Source: Trichodesmium erythraeum IMS101
GTDB lineage: Bacteria > Cyanobacteriota > Cyanobacteriia > Cyanobacteriales > Microcoleaceae
Reading direction: 5' to 3'
NCBI RefSeq assembly: GCF_000014265.1
Contig: NC_008312.1
Span: 7,290,001-7,322,000 of the forward strand
DNA: 32,000 nucleotides
Shown here: positions 14,875 through 23,946 of the stretch, in pieces
How the letters are laid out: every line of letters begins with the position of its first letter
Numbering within the stretch: the first letter of the stretch is position 1
Made by a program: the position numbers and the translations under genes
Notes under the pieces: generated by a model
The model's database searches: none
The model's input: only the letters and a program-made list of their open reading frames with translations
Told to the model about the DNA's origin: nothing

Positions 14875-14971
14875 GCATTGGTGGATGGCAGGATGAATTA
14901 GCAAAAAAAATAGCTTGTTGGTTTATAGAGCTGCCCATTCCAGCTTAATTCATCCCTTAATTTACCAATGC
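14875..14971. repeat. 97-nt imperfect palindromic element followed by T7 (hairpin or terminator-like, possibly MITE-like)
   Basis: GCATTGGTGGATGGCAGGATGAATTAGC (14875-14902) pairs imperfectly with GCTTAATTCATCCCTTAATTTACCAATGC (14943-14971), followed by TTTTTTT. It lies between the IS end (14832) and the 3' end of the DUF938 gene (15070). A related half-site, CTAATTCATCCTTCCAAT, occurs at 16518-16535. Confidence 0.4.
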
Positions 14972-15069
14972 TTTTTTTGTGTTTAGGAAAGACTTTTATT
15001 TTCTAATATTCCCTATTAACTCCTCTCCAAAAAATGTAGCAAGACTTTTGAGATTTGGTAAACGTGATA

Positions 15070-15693
15070 TTAGCCCTTATGGAAAACCACAGATAAATTA
15101 TTTGCTGGCATTTGCACCTGCTCTTGAAATTTTAACCCCTCCTTCTCTGCTGCCGCTACCACATCTTCTAAGTTTCTTACTCCCCACTCAGGATTTTGAA
15201 ATTGTAGAGACTGATCAAATGCTAGATTACTTGGTGCTGTATGTTCCCCTCTCAGTTTGTATGGACCGTATAAATATAGTACCCCATTCTGAGGTAACAA
15301 ACGTCCCGCACCCGCCATTAGTCCCAGGCAAGTAGACCAAGGACTAATATGAATCATATTAATATTGACAATAGCTTTAATCTGAATGTCTTCTTTCTCC
15401 ACCGCCCAAGCTGACTCCCGTGCATCAATATTAAGAGGTAGATGCAGGTTATCTGACGGACTATGTTTTTGCCATGCTGCTATACTCTCACGCAAGATGG
15501 GATCAGGATCAGAAGGAAACCACTGACGTGGTTTTAGACGGGGAGAAAAGAAAATAGCGTGTTCTCCTGTACCACTGGCAATTTCTAAAATGTTGCCCGT
15601 TGGAGGTAAAAGTCGTTGTAAGACTTCTAAGATAAATTCCCGATTGCGTTCAGTTGCAGGAGCATATTGTCGAGCATCATTAAAAGAGGTCAT
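15070..15693 (-). CDS. DUF938 family protein (SAM-dependent methyltransferase-like)
   Basis: 207 aa. RQYAPATERNREFILEVLQRLLP..GNILEIASGTGEHAIFF...WFPSD...NMIHISPW...LYLYGPYK..GEHTAPSNLAFDQSLQFQNPEWGVRNLEDV...MPANNLSVVF follows the DUF938 pattern along the full length. Confidence 0.85.
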   Translation of the reverse strand: MTSFNDARQYAPATERNREFILEVLQRLLPPTGNILEIASGTGEHAIFFSPRLKPRQWFPSDPDPILRESIAAWQKHSPSDNLHLPLNIDARESAWAVEKEDIQIKAIVNINMIHISPWSTCLGLMAGAGRLLPQNGVLYLYGPYKLRGEHTAPSNLAFDQSLQFQNPEWGVRNLEDVVAAAEKEGLKFQEQVQMPANNLSVVFHKG

Positions 15694-16856
15694 TTCAGTT
15701 TTCAGTTATTAGTTAAGTATTTAAACTATATATCCAATTTTGATCAAAGGCAAGAGGTAACAAACAGCAAAAAATATAAAATTTAATAAGTTTTAGTTTA
15801 TAAATTAAGCAAATTTATATGTATTAATATTATGTTTAGGTGAAATTTAAGTTATTAAATAATTAATACAAAAATAATAATCTTATTACAGGATTAGCAC
15901 TCTATAATTGTATTAATTATTTTTATGTTATACAGAGGTTTTCTGCAAGGTCCTTAACTACTCCCGCGCCATAAACAAACTTTATACTAAAAAGTATAGA
16001 GATTGCTATAGTAATTAATAATTAAAATAGAAACTAGGAAATTTAGAAATTACTAAACTCAGTCATAGATTATTTTTTACTGTTTTCTTTGCCTTAGTGC
16101 TATATTAGGGAAAAAAATTATCTCACTGATATCAGGAAAAAACTATAGTAAAAAGTAAACAAATTCTTAAATACTCCCTTTTCTAAAGAATTTAACAACA
16201 ACTTATAATTGGGAAAAATACCAATAGTTGAATATTTTTTCGGAAAAAATAAATGATATAACTCTAAAAATATAATTGGCAAACTTTGTTTATAACCCCT
16301 GATATATATAACCCAGCAAAAAACTTATTTATCTCTTTTAAATAGACTTTTTATTTAAGCATTCAGCACTTTAAGAGTCAGCTCAATTGCTTTTGAATAA
16401 CTATCAACTACTAAAGTTACCTGATTGCCAATTACACTTTCTAATATTTTTCTAACATACGGAATCCAGAGCCAAGGGAATGCCGTACAAACATAACTTT
16501 TTAATTCTCCTTGGAGACTAATTCATCCTTCCAATATAATGAGTTAATAACTTATAGCTGATAGCTGATAGCTGAAAATTTACCTTTTTATTAGCAAAAA
16601 ACAGAGCGATCGCTTAGTTTAATGTCGGAGAAAAATCTCCCTCAACTATATTTTTTAAAAATTCCATTTTCAGCTTCCCTTAACATCCTCAACCTAGATA
16701 AAAACAATTATTTTTACCATAAAATTTATAGCTATTTACCACCTATCAGGCAGAATTAAAATCATGTTTATTAAGCTTAGTAAGTATAAAAAAATATGGA
16801 TATTATACTTGAGCAATAACTGTGCTTCAGCCGAAGAATATCATCACTAATCAAAC

Positions 16857-17310
16857 TCCCATAATGAGATTATTTTATCCTCAGTTTTGTCAACTTAGAT
16901 ATTTAATCCACACACCTTTACCTTTAGAGTTATTGGCAGGAAAGTCAGGAACAGAGTTAATTTATCTTGGCATCTTGAAGTTAAAAAAAAGTTAACTTTC
17001 CAGATATGATTCAGCACTTGGTAGCTTTATCCCCTCCAGCACAGATAATACAACGTTAGGCGTTAACGAAGCTCTGGAAGATGCTGCTTTGATCACAATC
17101 AGTAACTGAGATTAACAAGCAAAATCAGTGGAACGCTCTGGTGGCTATAGAAAAAGCTTTCCGTAAATATGATGCTTTGCGTTCCCAATTTATGGAGCGC
17201 TTTCAACAAGCAACTTTGACAAGGCTACCTGTTTCTTCAGAGCAGCATGACCAAGAGTACGCTCAACCAGTCTATCCTCGCAATATTTAAGAAATTATGC
17301 AAACATTATT
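16857..17310 (+). pseudogene. Decayed C-terminal remnant of a paralog of the downstream FAD monooxygenase
   Basis: Collinear nucleotide and protein similarity to 18265-18835. MRLFYPQFCQLRYLIHTPLPLELLAGKSGTELIYLGILKLKK aligns with IMLFSPQPCQFGYVFHGAFPLDLLLEKSGEELINIAIKELKK. NFPDMIQHLVALSPPAQIIQR aligns with DFPEIIQQLVALSDPDKMIQR. EINKQNQWNALVAIEKAFRKYDALRSQFMERFQQATL aligns with QINKQNQWDDMAAIQLAFSKYEALRRPFMTYIQQETL. The tail ATTATGCAAACATTATT is shared. There are frameshifts, stops and a ~120-nt deletion that removes the GDAAH motif. Confidence 0.7.
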
Positions 17311-17374
17311 ATTATGCATACCATTACAATTCTTGTATAATGTACAATAATTATAGGATAATCAAAATCAGTAT

Positions 17375-18835
17375 ATGACTGAAGAAAACTCCATTCCCAA
17401 AATTGATTATGATGTAGTGATCGTTGGTGCCGGCCCAGTGGGGTTAGCAACTGCCCTCGGTTTATATCAACGTGGAATTGAAAATATTATCGTCCTCGAC
17501 CAAACTCGAGCCTTTCGCCAGGTAGGTCAGACTATAAGCATTTTCCCAAATGGTTTAAAAGCGCTTAAATACATTGATACAGAAGCTTACAAGAATATCA
17601 AAGCTACTATTGACCAACCCCATAATTCACTACAAGTAAGTCAGAAAACTGAGGTAGAAAAAAAACAGCCTTCGCCCTATTGGAATCTCATAAATGTGAA
17701 CGGGCAAAAAATTCGTTCTTTTCTCGTGGGATACAATGAATATTTTGAAAAGTACGGAGAGGGTAAAGTCTCAATTTCTTGGTACAATTTACAAACTCAA
17801 CTGAGAAAACTATTACCCGTTGAGTGCGTCAAAGCTAATCATTGTTGTATTAATGTAGTTACTGAGCCAGAATTTCAATGTGTTCGAGCAGATTTTGTCT
17901 CTAATCAGGAAGTAGAAATTCACCCCTATGTTTATTGGGATGATCAGCAACAAAAGAATAAAAGCAGCAGTCTGAACTCCTCCCAATTTTCTGAATCGAA
18001 AATCACATCAATTCGTGCTAAACTATTGATAGGAGTAGATGGAATTAATTCTAGAGTCCGTCAAGTAATCTATCAAAATACTCTATACAGTGAATACAGC
18101 AAACCAAAATATTGTGGTGTTGGCGCCATATGCACTGGTAATTTTTTTGACAGTAGAGCAGTTCAGATAGCAGAAACACTTTCAGAAAAAATCAAGGAAA
18201 AATTTTTTCATGGTTCTCCTAGAGTAATAACAATAAAAAATCATCAAATATTGGAAAGTGATCTTCCCAGAATTATGTTATTTTCTCCTCAACCTTGTCA
18301 GTTTGGATATGTCTTCCATGGAGCTTTCCCATTAGATTTATTGCTAGAAAAATCGGGAGAAGAGTTAATTAATATTGCCATAAAAGAGTTAAAAAAAGCA
18401 GACTTTCCAGAGATAATTCAGCAGTTGGTAGCTTTATCTGACCCAGATAAGATGATACAACGTCTGTATTATACTCATCATGCTACTGTTTCTGCTCCAG
18501 AGCAACCCAAATGGAACATAGGGCGGGTTGTATTGGCGGGAGATGCTGCCCACGGTATGCCACCATTTCTTGGTCAAGGAGTTAATCAGGGACTAGAAGA
18601 TGCAGCAGCGATCGCTACTTTAGTAAATCAAATTAACAAACAAAATCAGTGGGATGATATGGCAGCTATACAATTAGCTTTTAGCAAATACGAGGCTTTG
18701 CGTCGTCCATTTATGACCTACATTCAACAAGAAACTTTGATAGGTAGACCTTTTTCTTCATATGAGAAGTTACAAAAGTATAATCAAGTAGTTTTATCTC
18801 GTAATATTGAGGAAGTTATGCAAACATTATTGTAG
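17375..18835 (+). CDS. FAD-dependent monooxygenase (UbiH/salicylate-hydroxylase/zeaxanthin-epoxidase-like class A flavoprotein)
   Basis: 486 aa. N-terminal dinucleotide-binding motif DVVIVGAGPVGLATALGL. LLIGVDGINSRVR (DG motif). C-terminal GRVVLAGDAAHGMPPFLGQGVNQGLEDAAAIA (GD motif). Confidence 0.9.
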   Translation: MTEENSIPKIDYDVVIVGAGPVGLATALGLYQRGIENIIVLDQTRAFRQVGQTISIFPNGLKALKYIDTEAYKNIKATIDQPHNSLQVSQKTEVEKKQPSPYWNLINVNGQKIRSFLVGYNEYFEKYGEGKVSISWYNLQTQLRKLLPVECVKANHCCINVVTEPEFQCVRADFVSNQEVEIHPYVYWDDQQQKNKSSSLNSSQFSESKITSIRAKLLIGVDGINSRVRQVIYQNTLYSEYSKPKYCGVGAICTGNFFDSRAVQIAETLSEKIKEKFFHGSPRVITIKNHQILESDLPRIMLFSPQPCQFGYVFHGAFPLDLLLEKSGEELINIAIKELKKADFPEIIQQLVALSDPDKMIQRLYYTHHATVSAPEQPKWNIGRVVLAGDAAHGMPPFLGQGVNQGLEDAAAIATLVNQINKQNQWDDMAAIQLAFSKYEALRRPFMTYIQQETLIGRPFSSYEKLQKYNQVVLSRNIEEVMQTLL

Positions 18836-19944
18836 GAAAAGGCTTTGTTGCATTAAGGTGGCGATATAGCTCCCGCCACTATGCTCCGCCAACGCAAACC
18901 ACTCCCCTATTAGAAGTAACTAGATCTCAACTCATGTAACTCTTAGGTTTACCTATTTAAATCATTCGGTTTAATATTGCACATTATACAAATAATTCTA
19001 CTGCTTGAGTATCTCTTTTGTCGTGATCGTAACTTCCCTCCAAATACGTTTCTAGTCTAAACATAGTCGTTAACTCAAAGTTACTATTAATTCAATTATC
19101 AAATCACTTGTATTATTAGATCCTCCTCTAAGTCTAGTCTTTTCTAGTGCTACTTTGGTAGAACGTTTGAACACACACTCTAGTAAACAAAAAAAATTTC
19201 AAGATGGGCGAGTCATTCATGAAGCGTATCTAGAAACTAAGTTTTTACCCAAGTATTCCAAAGGTTTGAGATTAACGATCCCAGAAGTCTATTAGAAAGC
19301 TGTACATTATGATTAGTTGCCATTTAGCGACAATGTCCCCATTTATTTCTTCCTTTAACTTTGGTCTTCCTTCTTCAAAGAGAGTACCATTATTAATATT
19401 CAAAAATAATGCTATACTCCCAGGACTTAACCATCCAAACAAGAAACCAGGTTTATTGCCCTCATGAAACTTTGGTATTTCTGATTTGGCTAAAGTCTTT
19501 TAGCCAAAGGTGACATTTAGGTCATGCACCGAGAGCAATGAGCCCTAGATCAAATTACCTGATCTACAAAGTTACTTCCTAACCAAGAAGAAAGGAATTT
19601 AACCTCCAAGAAATTGGGAGTTATCATCTCATATCATCCTTGTCATTTAGTAACTTATTTAACCAGGGAACACTACCGCCCAAAAACAGATAGCTAGTTG
19701 TAAGTTAAGCCACCTTCAAAAATAGACATCAGTGTTATTAGAGTGCTCTTGAGAGCAGGCAATATGCTCCAAACATTTCAATACTATGAGTAAAGTTGTC
19801 AAACAGCAAAACAATGCCCGCAACAGCAGTCACTTGGGATACGGTGTATACAGATTTAAGGTGCAAGTTTTGAACCGATTAAATTTTGCACAGACTACCA
19901 TGAAAGAATTTTGTAGTAGGGGTAAAATCAATTATTCTTACTTC

Positions 19945-20391
19945 TTATTCCTTATTCGTTATTGCCTTTTTAAATGAAAATAGTTGATTATCCTCATCTG
20001 GAAAACGAATAATATCATCTTCCCCAAGATATTCCCCATTTTGAATTTCAATCATTATTAAGGGAATTATACCAGGATTTTCTACACGATGAGCTGTATT
20101 TGCAGGAACATAAGTTGATTGTTTTTGAAAGAGTAATTTTTCCTGATCATTAAAGGTAACTTTAGCAGTACCAGAAACCACAATCCAATGTTCGCTACGA
20201 TGATAGTGCATCTGGGTACTAATATAATGTTTTGGTTTTACCTCAATACGACTAATTTTGTAACGAAGACCTTCTTCCAGAATTGTAACTGTGCCCCAAG
20301 GTGGTGTTCTGGTGGGGTATTTCTGTTCATTATTAGCTTCTGAATCTAAGAAAGGGGTTGAAGGCTGTTGATGATTTTCTATTTCACTCAT
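19945..20391 (-). CDS. Cupin-domain protein, type II phosphomannose isomerase (ManC C-terminal domain)-like
   Basis: 148 aa. PWGTVTILEEGLRYKISRIEVKPKHYISTQMHYHRSEHWIVVSGTAKV...STYVPANTAHRVENPG..PLIMIEIQNGEYLGEDDIIRF matches the RPWG...K.I.V.PG..LS.Q.H.HR.EHW.VV.G.A.V....IP.G..HR..NPG...L..IEVQ.G.YLGEDDI.R pattern. Confidence 0.85.
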   Translation of the reverse strand: MSEIENHQQPSTPFLDSEANNEQKYPTRTPPWGTVTILEEGLRYKISRIEVKPKHYISTQMHYHRSEHWIVVSGTAKVTFNDQEKLLFQKQSTYVPANTAHRVENPGIIPLIMIEIQNGEYLGEDDIIRFPDEDNQLFSFKKAITNKE

Positions 20392-21407
20392 AATATATTT
20401 TTTTTGGATGAAATTTTAGAATAACCTACTTTTACATTGTACCAAAGGTTAGATAAAATTTATTCTTACTATTAGTTCAAATTTTCGAGATTGTTTATCA
20501 ACAAAATATTAAAACTTCAACATGGTTTTGAAATTTACATTCATAATTCATCAGAAAATTTCTCAATCTTTGAGAAATAGCTATATTTTATTTAATATTT
20601 CAAGACTATTTCATGATAGTTTTATATTTTCAATTATGCTTGATTGAATACTCTCTATTCCCTCTCCCAGATAAATACTAATAATAGTAAATACGAATAA
20701 AAAATTGGGCATAGTTAGCAAAAAAAATACCTTAAAAATAGAAAGATTCATCTTGAAAATCTAGATAAGGCTGAATTAGTGAGCATTAAATCATTAATAA
20801 ATATTATTACTTTTATTTATCTATTCAGATTAGTTTTTCCTAAAAATATTTGATTATTTTGGCATTTTAATTTTTCTATTAAATCAGCCTATACGAATAA
20901 GCAATTCATTCTTTTTAGCATCAATTATCTGAGTTTTTAATCCTGCTATTTATAGATGATATTAAATCCTTTTGTTGAAGCTTTAAAATACTATTCATTG
21001 CTGTAATTTGATATTTTGTTAATAAAGATTATATGGCAATCCTATTGTTACTTTTTACGTTGTCTGAAATATAGCAAACATGGAGATTTAGCAATAGTCA
21101 GAGTCATGGGTAAGATATTCGGATAAGAGCTTTGGAGTTTATTTATACTTCTTGAATTGTGACAATAGTTGATAGGATGGCTATAATTATAACAACAAAT
21201 CTATGCATATCTATAAAAGTATCTACCTATATAAGAATAAATAGGAATATCTCTGCCCGAGATTACTGATAAACCAATTATATACTTTATATTTATTCTA
21301 TAAAAATTAAGCCTAAAAAGTGTTCCATTTTTATTTTAAATTACCAGGCTTTATTGTCTTAAAAAAAATCGCAAACTTAAATATAGGAAGATAAACTATT
21401 TTAAGTG

Positions 21408-21576
21408 AAAAGTATAATTTTTGAGTTTTGAATATTTCCTTATACTTGGCATTATAAGATCTTTCATTGTGGTCGAGTATGAGTATTTAATTCTCAGAAA
21501 CAATATCTAAACTTCAATTGGATTAAGGCAAAAAAAAATGGAATTATTAGAAATACTTTGGAAAACTATAGAATTT
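21408..21576 (+). repeat. Upstream degenerate duplicate of the MscS-gene leader plus its first ~12 codons (partner copy 21677-21846)
   Basis: About 80% identity over about 170 nt at a 269-nt offset, including the A9 tract and ATGGAATTATTAGAAATACTTTGGAAAACTATAGAA versus ATGGAATTCTTAGAAACACTTTGGAGAAATATTGAA. The upstream copy stops after 13 codons (MELLEILWKTIEF*). Confidence 0.6.
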
Positions 21577-21741
21577 TAGAAAAAATTATTTTTTTTTAAT
21601 ACTTTTTCCTATACTTTGTCATAGAAAAAATTTATTCTTAAAGTATAAAATTAGGAGATAAATAATATTGAATTCCAAGGTATAACTTTTGATTTTTGAA
21701 TATTTGCTTATATTTCGTATTATACTCTCTTTCAGTATGTT

Positions 21742-22917
21742 ATGCTTAATCAAGTATTTTATCCTGAGAAACAACCCGTAAATTCAAGTTTGATTGAGGA
21801 AAAAAAAAGAATGGAATTCTTAGAAACACTTTGGAGAAATATTGAAACAACTAATTTTTTTGGCATACCAGCATTTAAACCATTACTTGCATTTGGTATA
21901 CTATTGTTAACAATAATATTTCAGGGAATTATTTCTAAAACAATTGTTAAGTATATCAAATATCTTACTGTTAAAGCTGGATATAATTTAGACGATAATC
22001 TACTTGAGCTTATCAAAAAACCTTTAACCTTTTTAATCTTTGCAGTTGCCTTACGGATAATACAGACCATTTTAGCAAGAGGTGCACTTGACCCTAACCT
22101 TTCTTCTTTAATTTTCCTTACTCTAGTTGCTTTTTTGCTTTACAATGCAGCTCCCTTATTGGCCAAGTTATTAGAGTTCCTCACTATGCAAACTGAGACA
22201 GAACTTGATGACTTGCTGGTTCCCTATGTACCTAAACTAGTGCGTATTGGAACAGTTGTTGTAGTAATAATTAAAGCATCAGAAGTATTTTTAGGAGCAT
22301 CTGCAGGAGCCCTTATTGGTTTGCTTGGTGGTGCAGGTGTTGCTCTAGGTTTGTTGTTCAAAGATATTATCTATGACTGGTGTTGTACTATAATCATCTT
22401 TACTGATGGGTTGTACAAACCTGGTGACTGGGCAGTAGTTTCAGGAGAATTTGTGCAAGTAGTAGAAATAGGCTTAAGAACTACAAAATTGTATTCATGG
22501 GAATGGGGTAGCATAAAAAAAATGCCTAATTCTAGAATGGTGAGTGGTATCGTAGATAACTGGTCTCAAGACCAATCTGAAATTAAAGAATGGGGGTTTA
22601 AAGGAGCCATAAATATTGACTGTATTACATCAGATCAAGTAGAGATAATGTTAAAGGGAATGAATCAATTATTTGAAAGTATTGATGGTTTTTACCCAGG
22701 AAAATATAAATGTAAGTTTCAAGGTATTCAAGGTAATGCTCGTGTCTTATCATATATGGCGAAAATAGATCCTAATTATTACACTTCTGCTATCAATAAA
22801 TTTCTTTTGGGCCTAATGAAATTAATGGAGAAAGAAGGTATTCATACTCAGAATATCCATTTCATTACTGACCAAGATACCTATGAAAGCAATATGAAAA
22901 TGGCAAGCAAAAATTGA
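21742..22917 (+). CDS. Mechanosensitive ion channel family protein (MscS-like)
   Basis: 391 aa with several N-terminal hydrophobic helices. Carries the MscS core GLLGGAGVALGLLFKDIIYDW...FTDGLYKPGDWAVVSGEFVQVVEIGLRTTKLYSWEWGSIKKMPNSRMVSGIVDNWSQ. An alternative start at ATG 21811 (MEFLETLW) is preceded by GAGGA and an A9 tract. The 23-aa extension from 21742 is unverified. Confidence 0.85.
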   Translation: MLNQVFYPEKQPVNSSLIEEKKRMEFLETLWRNIETTNFFGIPAFKPLLAFGILLLTIIFQGIISKTIVKYIKYLTVKAGYNLDDNLLELIKKPLTFLIFAVALRIIQTILARGALDPNLSSLIFLTLVAFLLYNAAPLLAKLLEFLTMQTETELDDLLVPYVPKLVRIGTVVVVIIKASEVFLGASAGALIGLLGGAGVALGLLFKDIIYDWCCTIIIFTDGLYKPGDWAVVSGEFVQVVEIGLRTTKLYSWEWGSIKKMPNSRMVSGIVDNWSQDQSEIKEWGFKGAINIDCITSDQVEIMLKGMNQLFESIDGFYPGKYKCKFQGIQGNARVLSYMAKIDPNYYTSAINKFLLGLMKLMEKEGIHTQNIHFITDQDTYESNMKMASKN

Positions 22918-23025
22918 GAACTAAATTTATCTAAATTTTTGGGATTAAGCTAGGCTAATTTTTCCTGACTGTAGCTAAAGAAAAAGATGCTAAATATGTA
23001 GTTTAAGTTTCAGAAATTAATCTAG

Positions 23026-23154
23026 TAAGTAGGTAGTTTAATTATCCGTAAAATAGTAATTGAGATTCAAAATCCTGAGAAACATTATAATAAGTTACTA
23101 CTTAGTTATTTTTCGTATTTCTTGTTTTAACGTTTATTTATGCCTACCTACTTA
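23026..23154 (-). mobile_element. ~129-nt MITE-like element with perfect 11-bp terminal inverted repeats
   Basis: TAAGTAGGTAG at 23026-23036 and CTACCTACTTA at 23144-23154 are exact reverse complements. This is equivalent to 9-bp TIRs flanked by TA/TA. No coding capacity. Related copies lie at 12302-12390 and 23702-23832. Confidence 0.55.
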
Positions 23155-23701
23155 ACCTACAAATCTAAGTCAGAAGTTCCAGCTACGTTTCACTAAATTT
23201 GTTAAGTTTAATTCTCAAGCTTTGATGCCAATTATCAAGTCAGTTATCTAATTTTTTTAAGTCTTATAGTTTATCTACTCTTTTTGGTCTACCAAAAATA
23301 ATTTTTGCCTTTAACTATTTTCCTGTTCTATAAATATTATATTAAATATTATATTGGTTGGCATTAGGGCAATTAAGAAATAGATTTAATCCCTACAATT
23401 AGACTGTGAATATTATTAAAATATTTTCACTGGATAAAAAATAATTTAGCTGTAAAATTACCATTAAATTTTACTTGTATCGACTTATGAAAGTATTTTT
23501 TTTTAATCAGAACATACTTTGAGCGATCGCCTCACAACACGACTAATAATAGCATTTATCAAAAACTTTTCTACTTGGCACTTTCATTATAGGTAGGGAT
23601 GTTCGATACAATGTCAGTACAACATTTATCAAATTAACACACTCTTAGCTCATCATTATCAAAAAGGTTATTCAGCCTGTATTAATTACTTAATAATTGA
23701 A

Positions 23702-23832
23702 AAGTAGGTAGGCATGAAAAAAAAACTTAGCTGTTAAGATATATGTACTTATTCTAAGCTGAACCACACAGTTTCTTTGAGGTGAATTGAAATTTTATTA
23801 CATAGCGACAAACTTCAACACCGACATACTTA
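23702..23832 (+). mobile_element. Diverged copy of the same MITE-like element, in inverted orientation relative to 23026..23154
   Basis: Starts AAGTAGGTAGGCAT, identical to the reverse complement of 23140-23153. Has collinear landmarks at similar spacing (CTAAG..G.AAC, GTTTCT, ATTGAA, ATTAC). Ends ACATACTTA, against ACCTACTTA in the other copy. Length is 131 versus 129 nt. Confidence 0.4.
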
Positions 23833-23946
23833 TCACCTAAATATAGTATTATTTTTGGAAATTAGTATAAAAAAAGTAATCATTATTTGATTTGTTAATT
23901 TAACCATTTCAAAATAAAATAATCAGAAAAATGACACAAAAAAAAT

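Noticed and set aside
14979-15335. 118-aa plus-strand ORF.
   Set aside because: It is antisense to the well-supported DUF938 gene for most of its length and has a low-complexity translation.
19300-19500. Open stretch on the minus strand without a start codon, reading KTLAKSEIPKFHEGNKPGFLFGWLSPGSIALFLNINNGTLFEEGRPKLKEEINGDIVAKWQ.
   Set aside because: It looks protein-like and may be another gene remnant. It has a stop immediately upstream, no Met and no family I can name, so it is not reported as a feature.
19786-19977. 63-aa plus-strand ORF overlapping the 3' end of the cupin gene.
   Set aside because: No motif, low-complexity C-terminus, and it overlaps a supported convergent gene.
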